A stretch of 64,000 nt of DNA from Podarcis melisellensis (taxonomy: Eukaryota), in the NCBI GenBank assembly GCA_964234715.1, contig OZ174279.1. One strand, written 5' to 3'. Made by a program: the position numbers and the translations under genes. The notes beneath the pieces are model-generated. The model was not told where the DNA came from and made no database searches. It saw only the letters and a program-made list of their open reading frames with translations. Position 1 is the stretch's first letter. Every line of letters starts with the position of its first letter. Below, one piece after another: positions 1-11,393 of this stretch.

Positions 1-145
1 ATGACAATAACCCTGTGGGATAGGTTATGCAGAGAGACTGCGACTGGCCCAAAGTGACTGAGTGAGTTTCATGGCTGAGTGGGGATTTGAACCCTGGTCT
101 ACCAGGTCCTAGCCCAACATTTTAACCACTACACTACACCAGCTC
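1..145 (-). mobile_element. tRNA-derived SINE fragment (5' head, reverse orientation)
   Basis: Reverse strand reads ctggtgtagtgtagtggttaaa...ccagggttcaaatccccactcagccatgaaactcact, with Pol III A/B-box-like motifs; resembles the SINE at 42330. Confidence 0.65.
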
Positions 146-517
146 TCAATCTTGCAATGTTAAATGAAGGAACCCTTCAGAGGAACTCACTGAGAACTTA
201 CTGCCCTGGGGTTATTACTATCGCTGACAACCAACTCATAGGTCCAAACTGGTTGAGTAGATTCACACAAAGTTTGGGGGAAAAAGTGATTGTTTCATCA
301 TACACCCATGTAAGGTATTCAGTGACTGGGAGGAGAGGCAGTTCTTGAACAAGGGTGCCCAGAAACCAGATATTCCTAATATCTTTTCTCCTGCACCAAC
401 CATAAACCTTCGCAGTCAGCTCTTTGCTTCTTGTCACCCAGCTAAATAACCAATGGGCCAGCCATCATTGTTCACTAGCCCTTACAACAGCCTTCCCTAA
501 CCTAGTTCCCTCTAGAT

Positions 518-655
518 CAGCGGTTCTCAACTTGTGGGTCCCCAGATGTTGTTGGACTACAACTCCCATCATCCCTGACCACTGGTCATGCCAGCTAGGA
601 ATGATGGGAGTTGTAGTCCAACAACATCTGGGGACCCACAGGTTGAGAACTGCTG
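518..655. mobile_element. Palindromic hAT-type MITE with perfect 8-bp TSD, nested in an older related copy (~488-758)
   Basis: TIRs cagcggttctcaac / gttgagaactgctg; long internal inverted repeat; identical CTCTAGAT at 510-517 and 656-663. Confidence 0.85.
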
Positions 656-1558
656 CTCTAGATGTTTTGGACTTCAGTTCCCATTATCCATGAACATGGG
701 CCATACTGGCTAGAGTTGATGGGAGTTCTAGTCCAAAACATCTAGGTTGGTGAAGCTTATCCTATAAAGGTGGATGTGTATTTGGCGGCTGGTTCTCCTG
801 GCCGTCAAGGGGGTGCTCAACAGGTCCTAGACAGGACTGTATTTTCCCTAAAGCAGCAGCTTCTTATTTCTGAGGGTGCTCAATGTGGATCTAGTTTTGT
901 CACTAACAGCCCAAGCAGCAGAACCAGGACCGGGTTGGAGACAGAAGGTGACTTCCAGCAGCTCCCCTGGTGCCAGCTACAACTGATCCTTGAAAGGGAC
1001 AGCTTGGTCAATTACCCCCCCCCCCTGGCAATGTCCAGATTTACATTACTGTTATGTGTTATGCACAGGGTTGTCTGTCAAAACTGCAGGCTGTTCAAAA
1101 TGGCAGAATATCTCACCAGTGCTGAAACAGCTCCCAGTCCCTCCCAGTCCTTTTGGGGGCATTAGGGCTGTCACTTGCCTTGAAATCCCTAGATCACGAC
1201 CTCACATACATATGAGGGTGAATTAAAAGAAGCAGCAAAAACACTCTGTTGTAGTAAACTTGCTGGAGAAATTAAAAATAATATTAGCATCCCAACAGAA
1301 AATCAGAGTACTTCTGCCTCTGGCCTGACCTTCTCAGCTAGGCCCTTCCAAGCGGCTTTGCAAAAAAATGGTCATTCGGTCAAACGTAAATAAGCCACTT
1401 AAGTTGTTTATCTTGTTCATTCTTGCAGTGGTGCAGCATCCGAGGGAATTGCTGAAGGCATAGGAAATTGTCCATGATAAAAACCACCTGGGTCCTGGAA
1501 ATTCTAGGAGGAAAGATGTTGGACTCAGTAAGAAGGAGTATTATATCACTGCCTAGGT

Positions 1559-2280
1559 AATAATAATAATCATAATCATCATCATCATAATTTATTTATA
1601 CCCCGCCCATCTGGCTGGGTTTCCCCAGCCACTCTGGGTGGCTTCCAACAGAATATTAAAATACAATAAGCTGTTAAACATTAAAAGCTTCCCTGAACAG
1701 GGCTGCCTTCAGATGTCTTCTAAAAGTCTGGTAGTTGTTTTTCTCTTTGACATCTGGTGGGAGGGTGTTCCACAGGGCGAGTTCCACTATCGAGAAGGCC
1801 CTCTGCCTGGTTCCCTGTAACTTCGCTTCTTGCAGCAAGGGAACCACCAGAAGGCCCTCGGCACTGGACCTCAGCGTCCAGGCAGAACGATGGGGGTGGA
1901 GACGCTCCTTCAGGTATACTAGATCGAAGCCGTTTAAGGCTTAAAAGTCAGCACCAACACTTTGAATTGTGCTTGGAAACGTACTAGGAGCCTGTGTAGG
2001 TCTTTCAAGACTGGTGTTATATGGTCTTGGCAGCCGCTCCCAGGCACCAGTCTAGCTGCCGCATTCTGGATTAGTTATGGTTTCCAGATCACCTTCAAAG
2101 GTAGCCCCACATAGAGCGCATTGCAGTAGTCCAAGCAAGAGATAACTAGAGCATGCACCAATCTGGTGAGACAGTCTGCAGGCAGGTGGAGCTGATAAAC
2201 AGCTGCCCTGGACACAGAATTGACCTGCGCCTCCATGGACAGCTGTGAGTCCAGAAGGGACTCAAAATCTGCACTGATTC
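1559..2280 (-). mobile_element. L2-clade LINE 3' fragment with simple-repeat tail
   Basis: Minus strand encodes a degenerate L2 ORF2 C-terminus (RAFS...LW..LP...FRRHLKAALF); 3' UTR shared with the copy at 7131; (TAA/CAT)n tail at 1559-1590. Confidence 0.8.
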
Positions 2281-3140
2281 AGAGTGGGCAGAATCTGATC
2301 TTGGCAACACAGGGCTGAACCACATGTCTATATCTGATGCCATGGCAGCTTAACATACATGGAGATCCAATGGTGTGCATGCTCTCCCATAACAGATGCA
2401 CCATGAGCCAACTGTTCTCAAGCCCCTCCCCTCATTTCCCCAGATTTCAGACTAGCAAGAGCATGACAATGGCTCAGTTCACAGCATGCTGGAGGATACA
2501 GATAAGCCGCTCCTTCTGGGGTGAAAACCACAGTGTAAACAGCCATGGCAGCTCTCTAACCCCACAATGTAGTGGAGGGAGTGTGCAGCTCTTGGACTTT
2601 TGTCAGGAGTGATGACATCACCTGCCGGAACAATAGCAATTTAAGGGGGTACCACTTCTTGGCACAATTTGCATTTGAAATTGTTCTGTGTATTTCTGAC
2701 CAAAAGCTCAAGGTTGCATTTCGGCTGGTTGAAAATATTTCATGGTGTTTTACAACCTTGTGCAAGTCAGAAGTCAGCACCACTGAGTCCATCTGAGCCT
2801 ATTCCTAGGAAACCATGAGTGGGGTTGCAGTCACGTAGCTCCTATTGAATTGAGAATTGTGCTGCACTGCTGTGTGTGTCTCCGCTGCTTGCATTTTGGA
2901 GTACCGCCCCCCAGGGGCTACAAGGCTCTCCTTGGCAGTGTTGTCATAGGGGCTGCCATGATGAGCTCCTTCAGTTCTTATGTTGCCACTACACCACTGC
3001 AATGATGAACGGCCATATAATGCGACCCCCAGAAAATGCATCAGAGAGGTTCCTTTGCCAAGTACTTCAAGTGCACAGGAGAGCAGAGGATCTAAGTGGT
3101 AGACAGTAGAGTCATAAGCCTTGTGCAAGGTAATCAATAC

Positions 3141-3616
3141 TACTGGGGAACATTTTTTTTTTAATTTTCTGTTGCATGAGATTTTTCAACTGTTCTTATA
3201 TGTCCTTTCAATGCTGATTTCAAATCTGAAATCGATTTTCGTGTACATGTTATAGTTATCTTGCAATTTCCGACTTGCTGATATGTCGTATTTACACTGC
3301 AGATAAGTGGACACTGACACATTGATTTGCCCTAACCACATGGTTATCATTGTTTTGCAAACTTAATTTTTCTTTATTTTTATAGTTCTGTAATCCAAAT
3401 ATTTGTATTTTTCAGATCGGACCATGGCTTCTTCAAGTAGACAAAAACAATTTTGTATTGTGAAAAACAAAGATTATGGTGAAAAGTGAAAAACATGAAT
3501 TGCAAAAAAAACTAGAGCTTACAGAACAAAACCAAATTGAGATATGAATTCAGCACGTCAAAATTAGGTTAGAACAACTGCAGGTGTCAATGCAACAAAA
3601 AATTTGTTCCCCAGTG
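3141..3616 (+). mobile_element. Non-autonomous DNA transposon, probably an internally deleted Chapaev3 (CMC superfamily)
   Basis: TIRs tactggggaacatttttt / aaaaaatttgttccccagtg; residual ATGGCTTCTTCAAGTAGA at 3424; family assignment from recalled terminal motifs, not from a search. Confidence 0.55.
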
Positions 3617-4008
3617 TAGTAAGTGAAGATGCCCCTGTCCCTTACTGTCAATACGCAGCATTCCCTCAACTCCCCCTTTCCAAGCAGTGCCCCCAAGCAG
3701 GCGTCATCTTGTCTCCAGCAATGTCTCCCAGCAAAAAAAGCAAACACAAAGACCCCAGGGGAAAATCAGTTTGCCCTTCCCAGCCAGCATCCAGGCATGC
3801 TAACATCTCTCATTGGAGCAAAAGGCTAACCTTTGCTTTTCCAGGGGCTATTGGAAATAGAGCAGGAGAAGGTTAACCCCAGATCTCCCAATGGGAACTG
3901 ATGGACATAGCACCAAGAGCCACATTTTTAAAAAAATCACTGACCAACTGGAGTATTTCTAAAGGAGGGCAGCCAGAAAGTGAGTGCAGTGTGTGGTCCC
4001 TGGTTGAA

Positions 4009-4498
4009 AGAGATGTGCATGTTTAGCCTGGAGGAGGAGATAAGAGGATGCATGATAGATATCTTCAGACGTCGGAAAGGCTGTCACACCAAAGATGAAA
4101 CAGACTTGTGCTCTGTTGATCCAGTGAGCAGGGGTGCATATGCACCTTGCATTGAAAGCACCCCCCAAGAACTCCAAGAACTGTCATTAGCCCTTACAGA
4201 GCTACAATTCCCAGCACCCTTGAGAAACTACAGTTTCCAAATTTTGCAGGGGGTGCTTTATAGTGTGTATAGAGCCCAGGGATAGAACTAATGGGTGGGA
4301 ATTGTAGGGACACATATTTCAGGCAAGCATTAGGAGAATGTTCCTAATGGTGATTGTTGTTCAACAATGAAACAGGCTGCCTCTAGATTTGGCAGACTCT
4401 CCTACATGGAAGGTATTAAAGCTGAGTGGGCATCTGCAAGGGATTCTGTAGTAGAACAAGGGGAAATAAGTGATCTCTGAGGTCCTTCCAACTCTATG
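4009..4498 (+). mobile_element. CR1 LINE 3' fragment interrupted by a MITE-like insert (~4130-4275)
   Basis: MFSLEE..RG.MI.IF...KGCH motif and CR1-type 3' end gaggtccttccaactctatg; similar to the copy at 62203. Confidence 0.7.
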
Positions 4499-4766
4499 TC
4501 TCCACTAACAAGCCACCATGGAAAGTAGATCAGGATTAACTCTCTCTAACCTGACCTAGATGCACATACAGCCCATCACAGCATGTCACCCACATTACCA
4601 ATCATTGGTTCAGGAGGGTCAGCATAGCTTAATCTTCATTTTTTCTAAAATCAGCAGCATTTAGAGCAAATCTGACCACAGTTTACACTGCAGGTTGGAA
4701 GAGGAGTAGCTAGTTAGATTGTGCAGGTAATGTGTAGGAGAGGTATCAAGTAAACCAGTGACTGTA

Positions 4767-5048
4767 AAAAAAAAAAGGTAAAGGTAAAGGACCCCTGGAC
4801 GGTTAAGTCCAGTCAAAGGTGACTATGGGGTTGTGGCACTCATCTCGCTTCAGGCCAAGGGAGCCGGCGTTTGTCCACAGACAGCTTTCTGGTCCATGTG
4901 GCCATCATGACTAAACCACTTCTGGCGCAACAGGACACCATGACGGAAGCCAAAGTGCACAGAAATGCTGTTTACCTTCCTGCCACAGCGGTACCTATTT
5001 ATCTACTTGCACTGGTATATTTTCAAACTGCTAGGTTGGCAGGTGCTG
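4767..5048 (-). mobile_element. Sauria SINE, 5'-truncated, with 12-bp TSD
   Basis: (AAAGGT)n tail on + strand; body matches the copies at 14107 and 36112; CCAGTGACTGTA at 4755-4766 and 5049-5060. Confidence 0.85.
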
Positions 5049-7130
5049 CCAGTGACTGTACAACCTCCTTGTGTGCTCTTGTACACATGTATGCTCAGTT
5101 TCATGGCAATTGGGACTGGACATTATGGAACATCAGGTGTGTGGGATGTGCAAGACCCCAGAGCAGCAACGGATTAGGGGGGCCCACAATTCATTCTGAC
5201 TATGCATGAATTATGTCCATACTATATCCAGGGGCTGTAGAAACATTTTGTCCTGGAAGGATTTGGTTCCTGCAATGAGCAATATGGTTAAATTTATTTA
5301 ACTGAGGTCAGCATCCACTCATGCCTATGCAACTGTGTTTACATTCACAGGGGGGGCACTTTGGGGTGCATGCCTGGGAAATACATCACATGCACTTGTG
5401 CATGCATGCAAAGCCAAGGACGGCCTGTTCCTGGATCTCTCCTCCACACCCTGGGCCCATGTTTACTGGGACTTTTCTCCCCTTCCCATCAATCCAGCAT
5501 CTGGGAATGGTTATTTCTTGGCATGAAAACAGAAAGGAAGGAGAAACTGAAGCCTATAGGAGGTGCTGCTGCACACAGAGAGCACTTGGCCTGCCTAGAA
5601 ACATGCGCTCAGCTTCTGACACAAATCTTTGCCTGAGAATCTTTGCACACCAAGTTTTTCTGAAGTTCTCAAAGAGGTAGAGCAAACTGGGCAATGCTGC
5701 TGCGTCTGAGTAAGTCCCCTACTTATCTGTTTGGTGTTTCCACATATCTGACAGATTCCTTTTTCAAGCAGAAGAGAAAAGGGGTAGAATCAGCCATCTA
5801 TTCCGAGTCACACCCAATGCTGATTCGCACACACTTACGTCCACCTTCACACTCTTATAAATTCCTCTTGCACAGTCTCACCTCGTGACACTCACACCCC
5901 AAGGCCTGCCAGTCTCCCCTTCTCTCCACCCGCCCCCTGAACACTGCGCTGATTCATCCCAGCACATTCATCAGGAGCCAGTGATTTTCTGTCAGTCCCA
6001 GAGCCTGCTGAGCTTATCTTGTTTCTACCTGTGATACCTGGGGGCCTCAGGCCACCTCCCCTCATTCCAGTGGGCTTGATAAAGCCATGGCTTTATCTTA
6101 TCTGAGCTGCACTGGCAGCCGCAGATTAATGGGGCTGAGGGAGAAAGAGCGACTTGTCTCTTCAGTGCAGCTAGGAATGACAAGGCTGGGCGCGTGTCTA
6201 CACTTGAGTTAAATGTGGACGGAGATATGTTCACGTGAGGGACTGTGTGTGACAGCAACTGGATGACGAGCATGCAGTGTGTTCAGAGGGGGACAGCAGC
6301 ACATGGTTTGACTTGAAATGCAGAATAAATTTACTCAATTCACTTCCCAGGACCCAGGTATGTTACAAATGTTTCCCCACTATAAAGAAGAGTCACGTTA
6401 TGCTCCAACTAAGGTGTTATCTGGAGCATAGAGAGCTTCTGAATGTTGTCCTCATGGGTGGGGCAGGATCCCTTGGCTGGGTCCAGAAACCCGTTTCCAT
6501 TGCCTAGTTGTCACTCTTGATCCAGTGACAAGTAGTGATGTGAGATGTCAAAGGTGCCTCCACAGTCACCACACAGAGTGGCCTCCTCTGCAGCTGCCAC
6601 TGCTGCTGTGGCTGGGAGGGGGCTACAAAGGGGTCGGAGGCTGCTGCGGCACCCCCTCCTCAAAATGATGGTAATAGTATTGGATGAGGAGTTATAGGTC
6701 ATCTAAGAGCAAGAGTAGCAGAGCACTTTTATTTGGACCAAATGTTAAAAATCACAAAGAGGCAAATAAGATTTTGGACTTCATAAACATTCTTCATTAG
6801 ACTAGATACTAAGTCAAAAAAAATTAAAGGATGAGGGAGGGAAACATTACTGAGCATAAAGGAAAAACCTCCAGTATCCCCAGAAATAAACCCTGGATTT
6901 CAGCTGGCTGTGGAAATCCAAAGAAGAAAAGCCCAGTCTGAACCCAAAGAGGTGCTACTGGGTAACCTGCAACACTGCTTCAAAGACAGGGAAGCCTCTA
7001 TTTTATTTGTAACAGCGGTAGCTCATTAAAATTGATTAAAAGGAATCTAACTTTAAGTGATTAAGTGAACAGCAAAGGCTTTACCACAAGCACTGGGAGC
7101 CTCAGGAGCAGAGATTCTCTTAGTAGTAAT

Positions 7131-7131
7131 A

Positions 7132-7190
<59 letters not shown>

Positions 7191-7204
7191 ATTATTATTA
7201 TTTA
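7131..7204. repeat. (ATT)n microsatellite forming the tail of the adjacent L2
   Basis: About 23 near-perfect ATT units, directly visible. Confidence 0.95.
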
Positions 7205-7571
7205 TACCCCACCCATCTGGCTGGGTTTCCCCAGCCACTCTGGGTGGCTTCCAACAAAAGATTAAAAATACATGAAGACATCAGTCGTTGAAAACTTCCC
7301 TAAACAGGGCTGCCTTCAGATGTCTTCTAAACATGAGATAGTTGTTTATTTCTTTGACATCTGATGGGAGGGCCTTCCACAGGGCGGGCACCACTATCGA
7401 GAAGGCCCTCTGCCTGGTTCCCTGTAACTTGGCTTCTCGCAGTGAGGGAACTGCGAGAAGGCCCTTGGTGCTGGACCTCAGTGTCTGAGGGTGGAGATGC
7501 TCCTTCAAGTATACTGGGCGGGCTTTAAAGGTCAGCACCAACACTTTGAATTGTGCTCGGAAACATACTGA
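7200..7571 (-). mobile_element. L2-clade LINE 3' fragment
   Basis: ORF 7281-7544(-) LRSS...RAFSIVVPALWKALPSDVKEINNYLMFRRHLKAALF is typical of an L2 ORF2 C-terminus; near-identical to 1590-1990. Confidence 0.85.
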
Positions 7572-10500
7572 TCAAGTGTCCAGTTTGATTTATTCTTAAC
7601 TAGATGCTTTCCTTCCCAGGAGATGTGGAATAAGCAAACATGAAACAAGTGAAATGATCCCTATTCACTGCATCCCTGTGCTTGGGAAGGGCACTGATCG
7701 AAAAGATTCAGAAGGCTGGTAGTAACGTTAAGTCAAAAGAGATGCTTTTCCTTTGACTTTTACTAAACATTTCCATCTATCTCTGCAAGTAAACAGAGAA
7801 AAGACCCCAAGAATGAGAGATGGGCCCAGCTTTCCCCCAACCTGATGTTCTCCACATGTTATTATTGGCTCAGCCTATCCCATCAAAATGGACTTTTGCC
7901 AGGCTGCTTCCTCTTGTCCCACTAAGCCAGACCCTCACACCTGCATCATGAGCAAGAATAATTCCTCCTCCCTAAGTCTCCAAGCAGGCCCAGCATCACT
8001 GAGTGCTCACCTCCAAGTTCAGCTAGAGACTTCCCCTCCCCACACAGGGCAAAGTCCGCAGCAGGAGGGAAATGACTAATTGATACTCAAGAGTTAGCAG
8101 AGGTCCCCTCACAAGGGTTGGGCCACTGACAGCCCAGATAAACCCTGGATAATAATCTCTTTCTAATGGTGCCTGCCCTCAGGAGGGGCACCCGCTGCAG
8201 CCGAGCCTGTTTCCAGGGACTCAAAGGCATGTACAACCATTGCAGAACTACAAGGAAAACAATGAGGTAGGAAAAACTCCTCCTTTTGTGAACTGCCCTG
8301 CCTTTTCCAAGCTGAAAAACATAGGGCGTTTTCTCTGCGGGTGTATTCATGCCTTTGATGAAATATTAGTGGATTTCTACTGGACCGTCCACACATCACT
8401 CTGCTGTATTAATTGTTCTATGGTGTTCTCCAATATTAGCGCATTATTGCCATCTGAAAGGGTACTAAAGCACAACAAAAGCTGGACACACAAAAAAGTT
8501 ACAGGATTTCAGTAGGAAGTTACAGGACATGGAATTGAAGCAGTGTGTGTCCAGTCCTGGTGCCTTCAAAGGGCAAACAGGAATGAAAGTGGGATCACAT
8601 CTATCTGCCAGGATGGCACCATGAGCACAAATCATCATGCATGCACAATAAAAAGGACATGTGGAGGGGGCCATAGATAGACCAGTAGAAAAGCATTTCA
8701 CTGTCTATCTCAGATCCTGGGGGGTGCTTATATGGCAGAGTTTAAATTCATGGATTTCAGTGAGCTCAAATGTGCTTCGCTCCATAGCCCAATTCACCCA
8801 TCACATGGACATGCTAGCTGGGACTGAAGTCCATAACATTTGGAAGGCATCAAGTTGGTGAAGGCTGCTATAGTTACTGGCTTACCATGAACAAGGATAT
8901 CCTTCCTGCTTTGCTTCTCCACTAGTTGAAACAACAAACCACAATCCCTGGCTTAGTCCTATGAGGGATTACAGCTCAAACAAACCACATTCAGGAAGTC
9001 AAGAACAAACCTTGACATTACATGGTTATTTGTTTGGAGCAAAACAAACCATGACCCCTCACAGAGCTAAGCCAGGGACTGTGGTTTTTTTGTTTTCTCT
9101 AGGGAGGAGAAAAGTGACAGACACCTGCACATTCATGGTAAACAATTAACTATGGTTTACCATGATGGGTGAGCACAGACTATATTGGAATGCTGCTGCT
9201 TCATTTTTCTTAAGGCTTGAAGCGGAACTTGGTGTTTGTTCTGGCACTAGAATACACAAAGCCTCTGTCTTTTGAATGTGTACTGCATTCAAATATGTAT
9301 ACTGTTCCTGTAATCAACATGTAAGGCTACCAAATTTATTACTTGCTCCTGGTTCTCTGCTTTCAACAGCACTTAGATCTTTAGAGTTTAGCCAGTACCA
9401 ATCCTCACCTCCTGTCCGTAATAAGCTTCTCATGCTGGTTTCTGCAGATCAGGTTTTTGTTAAAGAAACAATAACTCGCAAGGATGGGGGGAGGGTTCCT
9501 GACATTTGACAACCCTAATTTCCTTTAGCTTTAGACATAATCTTGTTGACTTGGTTTTGAATGTTAATGTACCCAGGTGTATGCACTTGCAACCTTCATG
9601 CAACCAATGATGTTGTAGAATGTGGTTCATAGCTAGGCAGTCTTCAGTGATCCAAGTTTCTCACTTGGTCAGCTTAGGATCATTGATAGCATTCTGCCGA
9701 AGCTTCTGAGTCTCCATCCCAGAATACTTTATTTAATTTAATGTGGCATTTGGTTGATTTAATGTGGTAAGTATAATGTTCCTTTAATGTGGTAAGTATA
9801 ATGTTCCAATTAAACTTCAGGCATTTACTGGGCACCCACCTGGTATCCAACATTGGCCCTTGTAATGCCCTATATTCCCATATAAACCTATCCCCCTCCA
9901 CAAATGTACCAGAGCCCAATGGCAAATTCAAGTTTCTTTTTCTGACATTTCTTTCTCTCGAGCCATAGTTGCAAAAGGGATTGTTGGGCTTCCACACCAA
10001 CATTATTCATCTGTATAACCTGGTCATCAAAATCAATAGATGGTCATTTCCATGTATAGAGGATCATTTAAACATTTAGTTAGTAGTGGTGAGTTGGATA
10101 TTATTCAGCCATCTCAGAGAGTCTATTGAATGCAATGAACAAGTATTGCAAATGTGTTTATCAGTCCTGGCCACAGATATTTTTATGCTTGAAGCAAAAC
10201 AAGCACACACATGCACACCACATAGCTGAGAGCCTGCTCTGGACAGGAGTTCGTTATTAAGAGCACTTCAGATATGAGGCAGGAAAATTGCACCCTTCCT
10301 GAAATCTACTGCCCAACGCCGAGTGCTTCATGGCATTTCATAGCCCTGCCAGCTGGGCCCCGATGCCTGTGTGTGCAGGGAATGGGAACAAGGGGGGAGG
10401 GAGAGAGAGAGAGCTGGAAAGCAGGAGGGGGAGGAAGAAACAGAGAGGGCTGGAGGAGCGGCCCAGACTGGGAGGTGGGGACATCCTTGTGGCTGGCTCC

Positions 10501-10867
10501 CAACTCAATCCTGGGAGGGGGGGAGCATGCCTGGTGAAGATTGGCTGCCGGTTCCCCCCAAGAGGCTGCTTTGGAAACCTAGAGGGGGTGGTGCTAAACA
10601 GCCCAGAGCAGAGGCTTCAACTTAATCTAGCTTCAGCTCACTCCATCCCACCGATAGTGCCAGATACAACCTTGGGGGAGAATGCTTTTGCCTGCCTAGG
10701 CACACCCGTTTTAAGAGGCAGGTGTTGGCTCCTTGGCTGGGCTTGGCCCAGGCAGTGCCCTCCATTCAGCTTGGCTCCCATCGGCGCTCGTGGCAACCAG
10801 AGTCCCACGTTCTCTCCCTCTCTCTCCCCTGCAGCCGAGGGAGCCCTGAGGGGAGTGTCTCTGAGCC

Positions 10868-11393
10868 ATGATGTCACCCTGCCCACGGAATGCCCTGGGC
10901 ACTGTGCTGCTGCTGGTTCTGGTGCAGGGCTGGGCGCTGTCCGTGAGTCAGGAGTACGACTACTACAGCTGGCAATCCGACAACTTCCAGCATGGACGCT
11001 TCTACACTAAGCAGCCCCAGTGTGTGGACATCCCGGCCGACCTGCAGCTCTGCCACAACGTGGGCTACAAGCGCATGCGTCTCCCTAACCTGCTGGAACA
11101 CGAATCCATGCCAGAGGTAAAGCAGCAAGCCAGCAGCTGGGTGCCCCTGCTGGCCAAGCGGTGCCATTCCGACACACAGCTTTTCCTGTGCTCCCTCTTT
11201 GCACCTGTCTGCCTGGACCGGCCCATCTACCCGTGCAGGTCCCTGTGCGAGGTGGTGCGTGACTCGTGCGCTCCTGTCATGGAATCCTACGGCTTCCCTT
11301 GGCCTGACATGCTCAACTGCAACAAGTTCCCCTTCGACAATGACCTGTGCATTGCTGTGCAGTTTGGAAACAGCCAGGCAACTCAGCCACCAG
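10868..11393 (+). CDS. SFRP5: Secreted frizzled-related protein 5, coding exon 1 (signal peptide and Frizzled CRD)
   Basis: MMSPCPRNALGTVLLLVLVQG...EYDYYSWQ...CVDIPADLQLCHNVGYKRMRLPNLLEHES...CSLFAPVCLDRPIYPCRSLC; donor CAG|GTAACT at 11393/11394, phase 1. Confidence 0.97.

Noticed and set aside
518-655. Long hairpin as a possible pre-miRNA
   Set aside because: Explained by a MITE with TIRs and an 8-bp TSD; no small-RNA evidence is available.
7065-7265. ORF with a poly-Leu/Ile hydrophobic run
   Set aside because: Translation of the (ATT)n microsatellite.
10330-11010. 226-aa ORF overlapping the SFRP5 start, and 202-aa antisense ORF 10874-11482
   Set aside because: GC-rich shadow frames of the SFRP5 promoter and exon 1; no recognisable domain.
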